From a virus, in UHGV virus genome UHGV-0126501: a stretch of DNA of 46,221 bases, one strand, 5' to 3'. A program made the position numbers and the translations under genes. Below, piece after piece: positions 17,058-25,380 of the stretch. Positions within the stretch are counted from its first letter, which is position 1. Every line of letters begins with the position of its first letter. Below the pieces are notes generated by a model that was given only the letters and a program-made list of their open reading frames with translations, ran no database searches and was not told where the DNA came from.

Positions 17058-18848
17058 CTACCTCACTCTTGGTCTGATAGTATCATTATCTAAAAAGATT
17101 TGCAGCAACTCTCGAGTTTTCGTTAACATTTCATGATCATTCGGTATTTTATTTAGCATTCTAATTTGAGTTTCAAAGATATCATCACTAGTAACATTAT
17201 CCAGCCCAGTATCGAGTTTACAAATTTCCTTAGTAATTTGTTTAGCATCTTGAACGTCTTTCGAAATTAATTCTTTATATTCCTTGTAGTCTCCATAGAC
17301 ATTTTCAATAAGAAATATTTCAGGCGTGTAAACAGGAAGGAAACCGATGCTATCGTGAATGAAATCGATGAAATCTCTTTGCATTTTATATTTTTGGCTA
17401 TGATTAGCTACACCTTTAGAGCCATCGCAGTTAAATTTGATGTCTTGGTTTGTTATTGATTTTATAATATCCTGAAGATTAGGGTTCTCGTTTTCTGGTA
17501 TTGAGTCAGAGGTTGGGTAGTTATCAACAATAGATTGATCACCATCTAGCAAAAAAATAACGTTTTTAACGTTAGCAACACATAATGGGGCTGCTAAAGT
17601 TTGAAAAATACTTCCGGCCCCTCCAGGAAAGTGCTTGACTTCAAAGGAGTTTAATAATGCTTCACCACCTGCTTTAAGAGCTTTCTCTACAAACCTCTTA
17701 GCCAAGCGATCTTCTACAATAACTGTTCTCTTCTCGATTCGCTCACCAAGGATGAAGAAAGATTCTTCTGGGCTGACATTTTGCAGAACATCAACTTTTC
17801 CTAATTTATCATTCAGGCAAAATAATTTTATAGCATTTTTCGGTAAGTCTTTTACTATTGTTGATGAATGAGTGGATATCACAATTTGATGTTTCTTTTT
17901 AATTGCTTGTTCAGATAAAAATTCCATTAATTGGCATTGTGCTGAAGGGTGAAGCGATACTTCAGGTTCGTCTAAAAGAATTAGTGATGCGTTTGGACTG
18001 TCTATTAGTTTATGTACTAAAATAGATACGGCGAATTCTCCACTACCAGCGAATGCTTCAGAATATTTTAAGTTTTCTGACTGAAGTATAATTGTTGGAG
18101 CTTTGTCATTCGTAAATAAGCAATGCTCGATAAGTCTAATACTAGTGTATTTTCGCCCTAAAATTTTGCTGATTGCCTCAACTTTATTTTTGCCTAATAA
18201 AGTATTGACAAAGAGTTTATCTTTTTTACCTTTGTGGGGTTGATATTTTTTTAGATCGTTATCGATGATTTCTCTTAGCATTTGACTGCGTTTTCTAAGA
18301 TAATCCTTCTTGGGATATGTATGAAAGTCAGAATGATAAAAGAATTTATCGAATGCACTTATCGTTGCTCTGAAATCTAAATAGATTACATTTTTATCAA
18401 TGGCTTTCCATCGTGTTTTTAATTGGTTATCCGAAAGTATTGTATCAGGCATAGTAGCCATATTATCTGATTTTAGAGGCCTAGAAGGTTCCCAGTAGTC
18501 AGGATCATTTTCTTTAGAAATTCGGGTTTTGATTACTTCAACAATAGAATCAGTAGCTTTATCATAATATCCATAAATGAATCTTGAGCGACCACCGTCT
18601 TTAATTTCATCCACATCTGTAGAAAACCATAGGCTACCTAATGAATAGTTGTTTGGTGAGCCGAAAAGGGCTCTTAAAACTGAGCTTTTATTCGTTCCAT
18701 TTTGACCGACCAACGCCGTGACTGGATAATCAAAATCGATTTTGCTTCCTTCGGCGAGGTTTTTGAAAAATGGGAAACGAATATGTCTAATAAATGGCTC
18801 AATCTGAGCGGATGCCATAATTTGTTTTAGTTTTAAATGGTTGTTCAT
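17058..18848 (-). CDS. OLD-family-like ABC ATPase with C-terminal TOPRIM-like acidic motifs (putative ATP-dependent nuclease)
   Basis: P-loop GQNGTNKSS, Walker B/D-loop LILLDEPEVSLHP, C-terminal VIVEDR and LLDGDQS motifs; 3 nt upstream of the C5-MTase on the same strand; AT-rich. Confidence 0.65.
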   Translation of the reverse strand: MNNHLKLKQIMASAQIEPFIRHIRFPFFKNLAEGSKIDFDYPVTALVGQNGTNKSSVLRALFGSPNNYSLGSLWFSTDVDEIKDGGRSRFIYGYYDKATDSIVEVIKTRISKENDPDYWEPSRPLKSDNMATMPDTILSDNQLKTRWKAIDKNVIYLDFRATISAFDKFFYHSDFHTYPKKDYLRKRSQMLREIIDNDLKKYQPHKGKKDKLFVNTLLGKNKVEAISKILGRKYTSIRLIEHCLFTNDKAPTIILQSENLKYSEAFAGSGEFAVSILVHKLIDSPNASLILLDEPEVSLHPSAQCQLMEFLSEQAIKKKHQIVISTHSSTIVKDLPKNAIKLFCLNDKLGKVDVLQNVSPEESFFILGERIEKRTVIVEDRLAKRFVEKALKAGGEALLNSFEVKHFPGGAGSIFQTLAAPLCVANVKNVIFLLDGDQSIVDNYPTSDSIPENENPNLQDIIKSITNQDIKFNCDGSKGVANHSQKYKMQRDFIDFIHDSIGFLPVYTPEIFLIENVYGDYKEYKELISKDVQDAKQITKEICKLDTGLDNVTSDDIFETQIRMLNKIPNDHEMLTKTRELLQIFLDNDTIRPRVR

Positions 18849-19102
18849 TTTTTCGACTAAAGTGATGTGAAGGTAAGGTATTTTACAAAAATGCTAACGC
18901 GTACGCAAAAGCTACAGTATCGTGTTAAGAGTGGTTACTTCGCCACACAGCTTAAACCCGCCGCCGTGCGGTTTTTTTTTGCCCTGGACGTGGGGGCAGT
19001 ACGGTAAACGTTTCGGTGGTTGTGGATACCAACTTTTCACCTTGCTGGCTTTTTCGACAAGAGTTATTGGTATGTCACGTTAACCAGAAAAGGGAAAAAG
19101 AC

Positions 19103-19300
19103 ATGCTAAAACAGCAGGATATGACCGAAACCGCCAGAGTGGTGTTTAATGAATTAAGCGTCACCGAACCGGCGACCGTCGGGGAAATTGCGCAGAATAC
19201 GTACCTTTCACGCGAACGCTGTCAGTTAATACTGACCCAGCTTGTTATGGCGGGTCTGGCAGATTATCAGTTCGGTTGTTACAGACGCCTTCCTCAGTGA
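19103..19300 (+). CDS. Small putative winged-helix DNA-binding protein
   Basis: 65-aa ORF from ATG at 19103; ...VGEIAQNTYLSRERCQLILTQLVMAGL... looks like a recognition helix/wing; upstream of the adenine MTase. Confidence 0.35.
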   Translation: MLKQQDMTETARVVFNELSVTEPATVGEIAQNTYLSRERCQLILTQLVMAGLADYQFGCYRRLPQ

Positions 19301-19450
19301 AGGCTTTTTTATTTGTGGTAATGGGCGGCTGGTGGGTGTTAGCGGCACCTGCCAGCCATCTGCTCATGCGTTGGGGTCACAAGCAAACCTCAGGCCCATC
19401 TGCTTTGCGCAAAAGCGGAATGAGCCTATCAGAGAAGTGCTTATTGATCT

Positions 19451-20497
19451 ATGGCCAATACTGTAAAAATATCCAGTTGTGAGTTAATCAACGCTGATTG
19501 CCTGGAATTTATCCAGACCTTACCGGAAAACTCTGTCGATCTGATAGTCACAGACCCGCCATACTTTAAAGTGAAGCCTGAGGGCTGGGATAACCAGTGG
19601 AAGGGCGACGATGATTACCTGAAATGGCTGGATCAGTGTCTGGCGCAATTCTGGCGGGTACTGAAACCTGCCGGAAGTCTCTACCTGTTCTGTGGTCATC
19701 GCCTGGCATCTGATATCGAAATCATGATGCGTGAGCGCTTTAATGTGCTGAACCACATTATCTGGGCGAAGCCGTCCGGACGCTGGAACGGATGCAACAA
19801 GGAAAGCCTGCGGGCGTATTTCCCGGCAACAGAACGCATTCTGTTTGCAGAACATTATCAGGGGCCATACCAGCCCAAAAATGACGGCTATGCGGCAAAG
19901 GGGCGCGAGCTTAAGCAGCACGTGATGGCTCCGCTGATTTCTTACTTTCGTGATGCGCGTGAATCACTGGGGATAACGTCAAAACAGATAGCTGAAGCCA
20001 CCGGAAAGAAAAACATGGCTTCGCACTGGTTTGGTACCAGTCAGTGGCAGTTACCGAATGAGGCCGATTACAGTAAACTACAGGCGCTGTTTGCACGTGT
20101 GGCGGCAGAAAAACACCAGCGCGGTGAACTGGAGCAGCCACACCACCAGCTGGTCAGCACATACAGCGAACTGAACCGGCAATATGCCAGCCTGCTGGAG
20201 GAATACAAATCACTGCGGCGTTATTTTTCCGTATCGGCTGTCGTTCCTTATACGGATGTCTGGACGCACAAGCCCGTGCAGTATTATCCGGGCAAACATC
20301 CCTGTGAAAAACCGGCGGATATGTTGCGTCAGATAATTACTGCCAGCAGTCGTCCTGGCGATTTGGTCGCAGATTTTTTTATGGGGTCGGGGTCGACAAT
20401 AAAAGCGGCACTGTCGCTGGGACGCAGGGCGATTGGCGTGGAACTGGAAGAGGAACGTTTTAATCAGACGGTCAGAGAAATAACGAAAGATTTTTAA
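19451..20497 (+). CDS. DNA methyltransferase, beta-class amino-MTase (N6-adenine or N4-cytosine)
   Basis: Motif IV DPPY (LIVTDPPYF) precedes C-terminal motif I FxGxG (DFFMGSGST). Confidence 0.85.
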   Translation: MANTVKISSCELINADCLEFIQTLPENSVDLIVTDPPYFKVKPEGWDNQWKGDDDYLKWLDQCLAQFWRVLKPAGSLYLFCGHRLASDIEIMMRERFNVLNHIIWAKPSGRWNGCNKESLRAYFPATERILFAEHYQGPYQPKNDGYAAKGRELKQHVMAPLISYFRDARESLGITSKQIAEATGKKNMASHWFGTSQWQLPNEADYSKLQALFARVAAEKHQRGELEQPHHQLVSTYSELNRQYASLLEEYKSLRRYFSVSAVVPYTDVWTHKPVQYYPGKHPCEKPADMLRQIITASSRPGDLVADFFMGSGSTIKAALSLGRRAIGVELEEERFNQTVREITKDF

Positions 20498-20715
20498 TTC
20501 AGTGATGATATAAGTTGTATATTTCTGATACAAATGTATACACATATTTAAAACTGAACACCAAATATATTTTTGATGTCTGAAAAACTGTCGTTAGTAT
20601 TCTGACTGGTCCGGAAGGTGGTTGTCTTTATGTTCACAGGGGTGTTGCTTGCCACCGGAAAGACCAGTGCTGGCTTTCCTGGTAATTCGTGTGATTCCGG
20701 AAGCCAGTACAGTAT

Positions 20716-20792
20716 GCGGGTATCGTATAATGGCTATTACCTCAGCTTTCCAGGCTGATGATGTGGGTTCGATTCCCGTCACCCGCTCTCCA
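20716..20792 (+). tRNA. tRNA-Gly(UCC)-like element, probably degenerate
   Basis: Cloverleaf can be drawn: acceptor GCGGGTA, D-arm with GG, anticodon stem TCAGC/GCTGA with loop TTTCCAG (anticodon TCC), T-loop GGTTCGATTCC. But A7-C66 mismatch, two G-U pairs in the T-stem, and a TCTCCA 3' end instead of CCA. Confidence 0.45.
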
Positions 20793-21072
20793 GTAAAACT
20801 GATGAGTTATAGCTTTATTATCAGCACTGGCGAATTTTCGTGAAGAACAGACCTGGCAGGTGGATTTGTTGTTCTTCATTCTGTAGACCTGACCGCCTAC
20901 AGTTTCAGTGCTTTTTTTGTAGCCATCCCTGCATGTTGCAGGGATGAGGTGATACCAGAATGCGTCGTTGTCTGTTTCCGGGCCTACGATTTGCCAGTTT
21001 GCACAGCAGGCTGACGGCGCATTCTTATAACATCTATACAAGTAAACTCTGTTTCATCATTACATTGCGTTA

Positions 21073-21100
21073 GCCCGCCTTATGTGTGGGCATTTTTTTT
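21073..21100 (+). terminator. Terminator-like hairpin with T8 run
   Basis: GCCCGCC...GGGC stem then TTTTTTTT. Confidence 0.5.
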
Positions 21101-21221
21101 ACCTATGCATATGGCTCGCTGCGGCGGGCCTTTTTCATATCCGCGCCACGCCTGGCGCACATCACATCAGATAGCGCCACACAAAAGGTATCTGCGGGTG
21201 CCTTTGACGGGGTGTTTTTTT

Positions 21222-21246
21222 ACGGGCCGACAGAGGCCCTTTTTTA
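21222..21246 (+). terminator. Rho-independent terminator just upstream of the holin gene (tR'-like position)
   Basis: GGGCC-GACAGA-GGCCC + T6, followed by the SD/ATG of the first lysis gene. Confidence 0.65.
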
Positions 21247-21264
21247 TTTACAGGAGAAAAACGT

Positions 21265-21654
21265 ATGTCTGAACCCTTGTCCGGTTCCGGCACGGCTGCG
21301 GCGCTCGGCGGGGCGACGGTATTCGGGCTGTTTACCGGAACGGATTTCGGGATTGTGTTTGGTGCATTCGCAGGGGCGCTGTTTGTGGCCACGATACCAC
21401 AGCAGATTTCTGTCTGGCGTGTGGCAGCGCATTTTCTGGTGTCGTTCATTGTTGGCGTGCTGGGGGCGGATGTGATGGCGTCTTACCTGGTTGAAAAACT
21501 GAATCTCCACAGCACATCTCTCGACGCGCTTTGCGCGGTACTGGTATCGGTGGTGTCGGTGAAGATTCTCTCATTCATCCACCAGCAGGATATCGCATCG
21601 CTGGTATCCGGGCTGTTCTCCCGTCTGCGGGGTGGAGGCGGTAATGTTAAGTAA
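21265..21654 (+). CDS. Putative holin
   Basis: First gene of the lysis cassette; Gly/Ala-rich TM segments (TVFGLFTGTDFGIVFGAFAGALFVATI); SD AGGAG. Confidence 0.6.
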   Translation: MSEPLSGSGTAAALGGATVFGLFTGTDFGIVFGAFAGALFVATIPQQISVWRVAAHFLVSFIVGVLGADVMASYLVEKLNLHSTSLDALCAVLVSVVSVKILSFIHQQDIASLVSGLFSRLRGGGGNVK

Positions 21655-21922
21655 CCTTCCCGGATTACTGAATGTGGTGTTAAGCACGGTTATCGTGCTG
21701 ACGCTCTTTTTTTATCGTCGTGGTGAGTCGAGACATAAACCGCTGATGTCGTGGCTGGCCTGGCTGCTGATGCTGCTTTATGCCTTTGCGCCGCTTTGTT
21801 ATCTGTGTGGTCGCTTTCCACCCGGTAACTGGCTGGTCGTCCTGATTAACCTGGTGTTCTGCGTGCTGGTGATACGAGCACGCGGGAACGTATCAAAAAT
21901 CCTTGTATTACGAAGGCGCTGA
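21644..21922 (+). CDS. Small membrane protein of the lysis cassette (second holin/antiholin-like)
   Basis: ATG at 21644 with GGAGG SD; multiple hydrophobic segments; overlaps the holin 3' end. Confidence 0.5.
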   Translation: MLSNLPGLLNVVLSTVIVLTLFFYRRGESRHKPLMSWLAWLLMLLYAFAPLCYLCGRFPPGNWLVVLINLVFCVLVIRARGNVSKILVLRRR

Positions 21923-21923
21923 T

Positions 21924-22469
21924 ATGAAGTCGAAAGATGAAATTTTTGACGAAATTCTGGGAAAAGAGGGCGGTTACGTCAATCACCCGGATGATAAAGG
22001 TGGTCCGACTAAATGGGGCATCACTGAAAAAGTTGCCCGTGCACACGGTTATCAGGGCGATATGCGTGACCTGACGCGTGGGCAGGCGCTGGAAATACTC
22101 GAGGCGGACTACTGGTACGGACCACGATTCGACCAGGTTGAGGACCTGTCTCCTGATATTGCCGCAGAGTTGTGCGATACGGGCGTGAACATGGGGCCAA
22201 CTGTGGCGTCCAGAATGCTTCAGCGCTGGCTGAACGTTTTCAACCTGCGCGGGAAACTCTATCCGGATATGGATGCAGATGGACGCATCGGGCCGCGTAC
22301 TCTTAATGCATTACGGGCATATCTGAAAAATCGCAGCAGGGATGGTGAACTGGTACTGGTGAAAGCCCTGAACTGTACGCAGGGCGAGCGTTATCTGGAG
22401 CTGGCAGAGAAACGCGAGGCCAATGAGTCGTTTGTCTATGGCTGGATGAAAGAGCGCGTGGTGGTTTAA
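21924..22469 (+). CDS. Endolysin, glycoside hydrolase family 108-like with peptidoglycan-binding domain
   Basis: N-terminal ...EGGYVNHPDDKGGPTKWGIT... is the GH108 signature; lysis-cassette position. Confidence 0.8.
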   Translation: MKSKDEIFDEILGKEGGYVNHPDDKGGPTKWGITEKVARAHGYQGDMRDLTRGQALEILEADYWYGPRFDQVEDLSPDIAAELCDTGVNMGPTVASRMLQRWLNVFNLRGKLYPDMDADGRIGPRTLNALRAYLKNRSRDGELVLVKALNCTQGERYLELAEKREANESFVYGWMKERVVV

Positions 22470-22563
22470 AAACTGACACTGAAGTGCTGAACACCCTCAA
22501 CTCATGCAGGCTCTTTTCTGGGGCTACGATGAGCGAAAGTAAGGGGCATAGCATCAGATAGCA

Positions 22564-22602
22564 AAAACCCCGGCTGCGGTAACAGTCCGGGGTTTTCTGT
22601 TT
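22564..22602. terminator. Hairpin terminator flanked by an A-run and a T-run (potentially bidirectional)
   Basis: AAAAACCCCGG ... CCGGGGTTTTCTGTTT. Confidence 0.6.
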
Positions 22603-22968
22603 CTGGCCCTGGGTAAGGCAAAGGAGAACATGAGGAAGTATAAACTAATTCTGTTGAGGTTGACTATGAAAAACGGCCTTGAATTGAAAGCGCCTGTAAC
22701 TGATGACATCAGCAGAGCGGTGGCTTTTGCCATTAAGTGGGTGGCGGTCGGTATCGCTGTGTCTCCGATGCTGTATGGGATGGCAAAATTGATCATTGCT
22801 GTGAAATCGTAAGTGGGGCAGGGGTAAATATGTCAGATAGCATTATAAAACTGGCGCGAATTCTCTGTGTGGTTGTTGGCCTTTCATTTTCAGCAATGTT
22901 GGTTGCCATTTTCATTTCCACCGCCTGGCGAGTATTGAGCTTATCCGGATTGATTGGTGGATAGTGAG

Positions 22969-23151
22969 ATGAAGCGAAAACACTGGACACACAGAATGCC
23001 GCGAACGGCGGCGAAATGGGCACTGGTAGCGATACTGGTGCCTTTTTTCCTGGTGGGATGCGTCAGCCTGGATAAGGCGCGCCAGCTTTTCGATACAGCT
23101 TCTCAGATCTGTGAAATTGTCGACGGTGTTCGGCAGTGTATGCAGAACTGA
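22969..23151 (+). CDS. Small putative lipoprotein (o-spanin-like position)
   Basis: Signal peptide with lipobox ...FFLVGC after Met at 22969; located after the endolysin. Confidence 0.35.
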   Translation: MKRKHWTHRMPRTAAKWALVAILVPFFLVGCVSLDKARQLFDTASQICEIVDGVRQCMQN

Positions 23152-23313
23152 TCGCCTGTAAGAGCAGAATATTTTGCTGAAAAATGAAGGATGTGCCAGC
23201 GTCCGGAAAGCATGAAATTCTGCTGCGTGTGCCAATTTTATCTTATTCATTCTAAATCTTGCCGAATCAAGCAACTGCCCGGGCGGCAAGGGGCATTTTT
23301 ATCCGGAGGGGAT

Positions 23314-23538
23314 ATGAAGAGATTACTGGTAACCGTAAAGCCCTTTAACGGAACGATTCCATTCAGGGTTTTGCAGCATGGACGTGTTCTGGTTAAGGAT
23401 ATCTTCAGTGGTAAATGCACGGAATGTTATTCCCGGACATATGAAGTGGATGCCACGGATGAAGAAATTTCTGTTGAATGTGATCTTAACGCGAATATGG
23501 CGGAGATTGTAACCGCCACGTTGTTACCTGTTTCATGA
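23314..23538 (+). CDS. Hypothetical protein
   Basis: ATG with GGAGG SD; 74 aa. Confidence 0.4.
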   Translation: MKRLLVTVKPFNGTIPFRVLQHGRVLVKDIFSGKCTECYSRTYEVDATDEEISVECDLNANMAEIVTATLLPVS

Positions 23539-23578
23539 ATGACATAGAATGTCTCCGGGTACCCAAAAGGAGAAAACT

Positions 23579-23794
23579 ATGTTTGTAGAAAATAACCTGA
23601 AGGTCGATCCTGATAATCAGGGATGGGTTCTGGGTTGGGCTGTAGTACGTGACAAACCCTGGCATCTGGTCGGTATTTATGCAACGGAGGATGGCGCAAA
23701 GTCTAAACGCTCTGAATTGAATGGGGAGTATGAAGTTCGTTATGGTTCCCATCGTTTAGGTAGTGATGATTTTATGTCTGTCGGACTTAGCTAA
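23579..23794 (+). CDS. Hypothetical protein
   Basis: ATG with AAAGGAGAAAA SD; 71 aa; followed by a terminator at about 23817-23840. Confidence 0.45.
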   Translation: MFVENNLKVDPDNQGWVLGWAVVRDKPWHLVGIYATEDGAKSKRSELNGEYEVRYGSHRLGSDDFMSVGLS

Positions 23795-23850
23795 CTGGCT
23801 GTGATGCCTGTTTGTAGCCCCGCAAATGCGGGGCTTTTTTATATCTGGAG

Positions 23851-24249
23851 ATGATGATGGAAAAAACAGAAAACAAACCTGTTGCAATTGGTGCTGATGC
23901 TGCTCCGTTTAAGTTTGAGTTGTCTCAACTGGTGGAGATGCGCATCAGTGATGAATGGGGTGAGGTTAAAGCTCGCGCGCAGTATGCGGATGGCGAAAAC
24001 CAGTACTTGATCCACTACAAGGCTGCTGATGGTCGCGCCACAACGGCGTGGTTTGGTGAGTCAATGCTGGAAGCAACAGAAGATGATCGCCATCCGGGCT
24101 GTCCGGTATTTGCCGGTATGAAATTACCGGAAGGTGCAGTTGAACTGCAGCCGGGTGAGGTGTTCGTAATGACAGACATCATTGATGGTAAACCGCAGTA
24201 TTCGCGTATTGAAACTAACGGCAAGGACGTTTGTCTGGTTCGCAAGTAA
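23851..24249 (+). CDS. Hypothetical protein
   Basis: ORF after terminator GCCCCGCAAATGCGGGGCTTTTTT; triple ATG start region. Confidence 0.5.
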   Translation: MMMEKTENKPVAIGADAAPFKFELSQLVEMRISDEWGEVKARAQYADGENQYLIHYKAADGRATTAWFGESMLEATEDDRHPGCPVFAGMKLPEGAVELQPGEVFVMTDIIDGKPQYSRIETNGKDVCLVRK

Positions 24250-24643
24250 CTTGCATTACAGCAGCACTTCAGTGAGGGGCTGCGATAATGTGAGAAATAA
24301 AAAACCGGTCACAGGGAGCAGCTACACAGAACCGGCCGGCGAAGACCGCCAATACCACCCATGCTTCAGTAAAACATACATATGACATTAGCTGGTATTG
24401 ATGTAAATGCAATGTTACGCATCGACAAAAATAAAAAACCGGCAGGGGAAATCCATTGAAGATTTGCCGGTGGCAAAAGAGGGCCATGTTTTTAACCTTA
24501 GTCGCAGAGTTACGGAGTGCAACTACGAATGCTGCCGGTATATGGCTGAATGGCGTTTCAATGATGTACGTCATCTTATCTGTAAATGTTAATGATAAAC
24601 GCTCTCATTTGTGTGGGTCCTTCCGGTGGGGAGACCTGCCACG

Positions 24644-24655
24644 GGGCGGGAGCGG
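24644..24655. other. cosN-like cohesive-end site (GGGCGGGAGCGG) within a lambda-type cos region (about 24600-24830)
   Basis: Flanking sequence ACG|GGGCGG......CGCGGATTTTCGCTATTTATGAAAATTTT closely parallels the recalled phage lambda left end (GGGCGGCGACCTCGCGGGTTTTCGCTATTTATGAAAATTTTCCGG). Confidence 0.75.
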
Positions 24656-24748
24656 CGCGGATTTTCGCTATTTATGAAAATTTTTCGGGAAAAAGCGTGT
24701 CGGTACTTCTCGTGTATAACTCATTGTTTTTTCATCAATCACATCCGT

Positions 24749-24803
24749 AAAAGGTCCGACATGAAAGTGCCCGAAAAAGACGTTTTTGAGCACTTCCATG
24801 TCG
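24749..24803. promoter_or_regulatory. Long inverted repeat (18-bp arms, one mismatch) between cosN and Nu1; cosB-region element
   Basis: GGTCCGACATGAAAGTGC ... GCACTTCCATGTCGGACC; lambda has an analogous inverted repeat upstream of Nu1. Confidence 0.6.
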
Positions 24804-24831
24804 GACCCTGCATTTGATATGGAAATGTTTT

Positions 24832-25380
24832 ATGAAGGTTAATAAAAAGAAGCTCGCGGAAATTTTCAACGTGGATCCACGAACGATTGAACGCTGGCAG
24901 TCTCAGGGGCTCTCTTGTGTCTCTGGTGGTAGTAAGGGGGTTGAATCTGTATTTGATACCGCCATGGCAATTCAGTGGTATGCGCAGCGCGAAGCCGATA
25001 TTGAAAACGAAAAACTCCGCAAAGAGACCGAGGATTTGCGTGCGGCTGCGGAATCAGATTTACAACCCGGCACCATTGACTATGAGCGCTACCGACTCAC
25101 AAAAGCACAGGCTGATGCACAGGAACTGAAAAATGCCCGCGAAGAAGGGCTGGTACTGGAAACGGAATTGTTTACCTTCATTCTGCAACGTGTGGCACAG
25201 GAGATTTCGGGGATACTTGTACGTGTGCCGCTGACATTACAGCGTAAATATCCGGATATTTCACCGTCACACCTTGATGTGGTGAAAACTGAAATCGCAA
25301 AAGCCTCCAACGTTGCAGCTAAAGCTGGTGAGAACGTAGGCGGGTGGATTGATGATTTCAGACGCACAGAAGGCAGCTAA
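24832..25380 (+). CDS. nu1: Terminase small subunit (lambda Nu1-like)
   Basis: [27 protein letters not shown]... and ...[46 protein letters not shown] align closely with recalled lambda Nu1. Confidence 0.92.
   Translation: MKVNKKKLAEIFNVDPRTIERWQSQGLSCVSGGSKGVESVFDTAMAIQWYAQREADIENEKLRKETEDLRAAAESDLQPGTIDYERYRLTKAQADAQELKNAREEGLVLETELFTFILQRVAQEISGILVRVPLTLQRKYPDISPSHLDVVKTEIAKASNVAAKAGENVGGWIDDFRRTEGS

Noticed and set aside
20640-20710. Possible second tRNA upstream of the tRNA-Gly-like element
   Set aside because: Only a single hairpin (CTGGCTT...AAGCCAG, about 24-nt loop) is present; too short for a cloverleaf.
21084-21475. ORFs overlapping the region upstream of the holin (21084-21272, 21086-21475, 21162-21449 minus)
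   Set aside because: They overlap two terminator-like hairpins and the holin start region; no SDs; the region is more plausibly a noncoding late leader.
24269-24817. Short ORFs in the cos region (24269-24574 minus, 24407-24592, 24456-24677, 24611-24817)
   Set aside because: They overlap the cos site and its flanking inverted repeat; this interval is expected to be noncoding.
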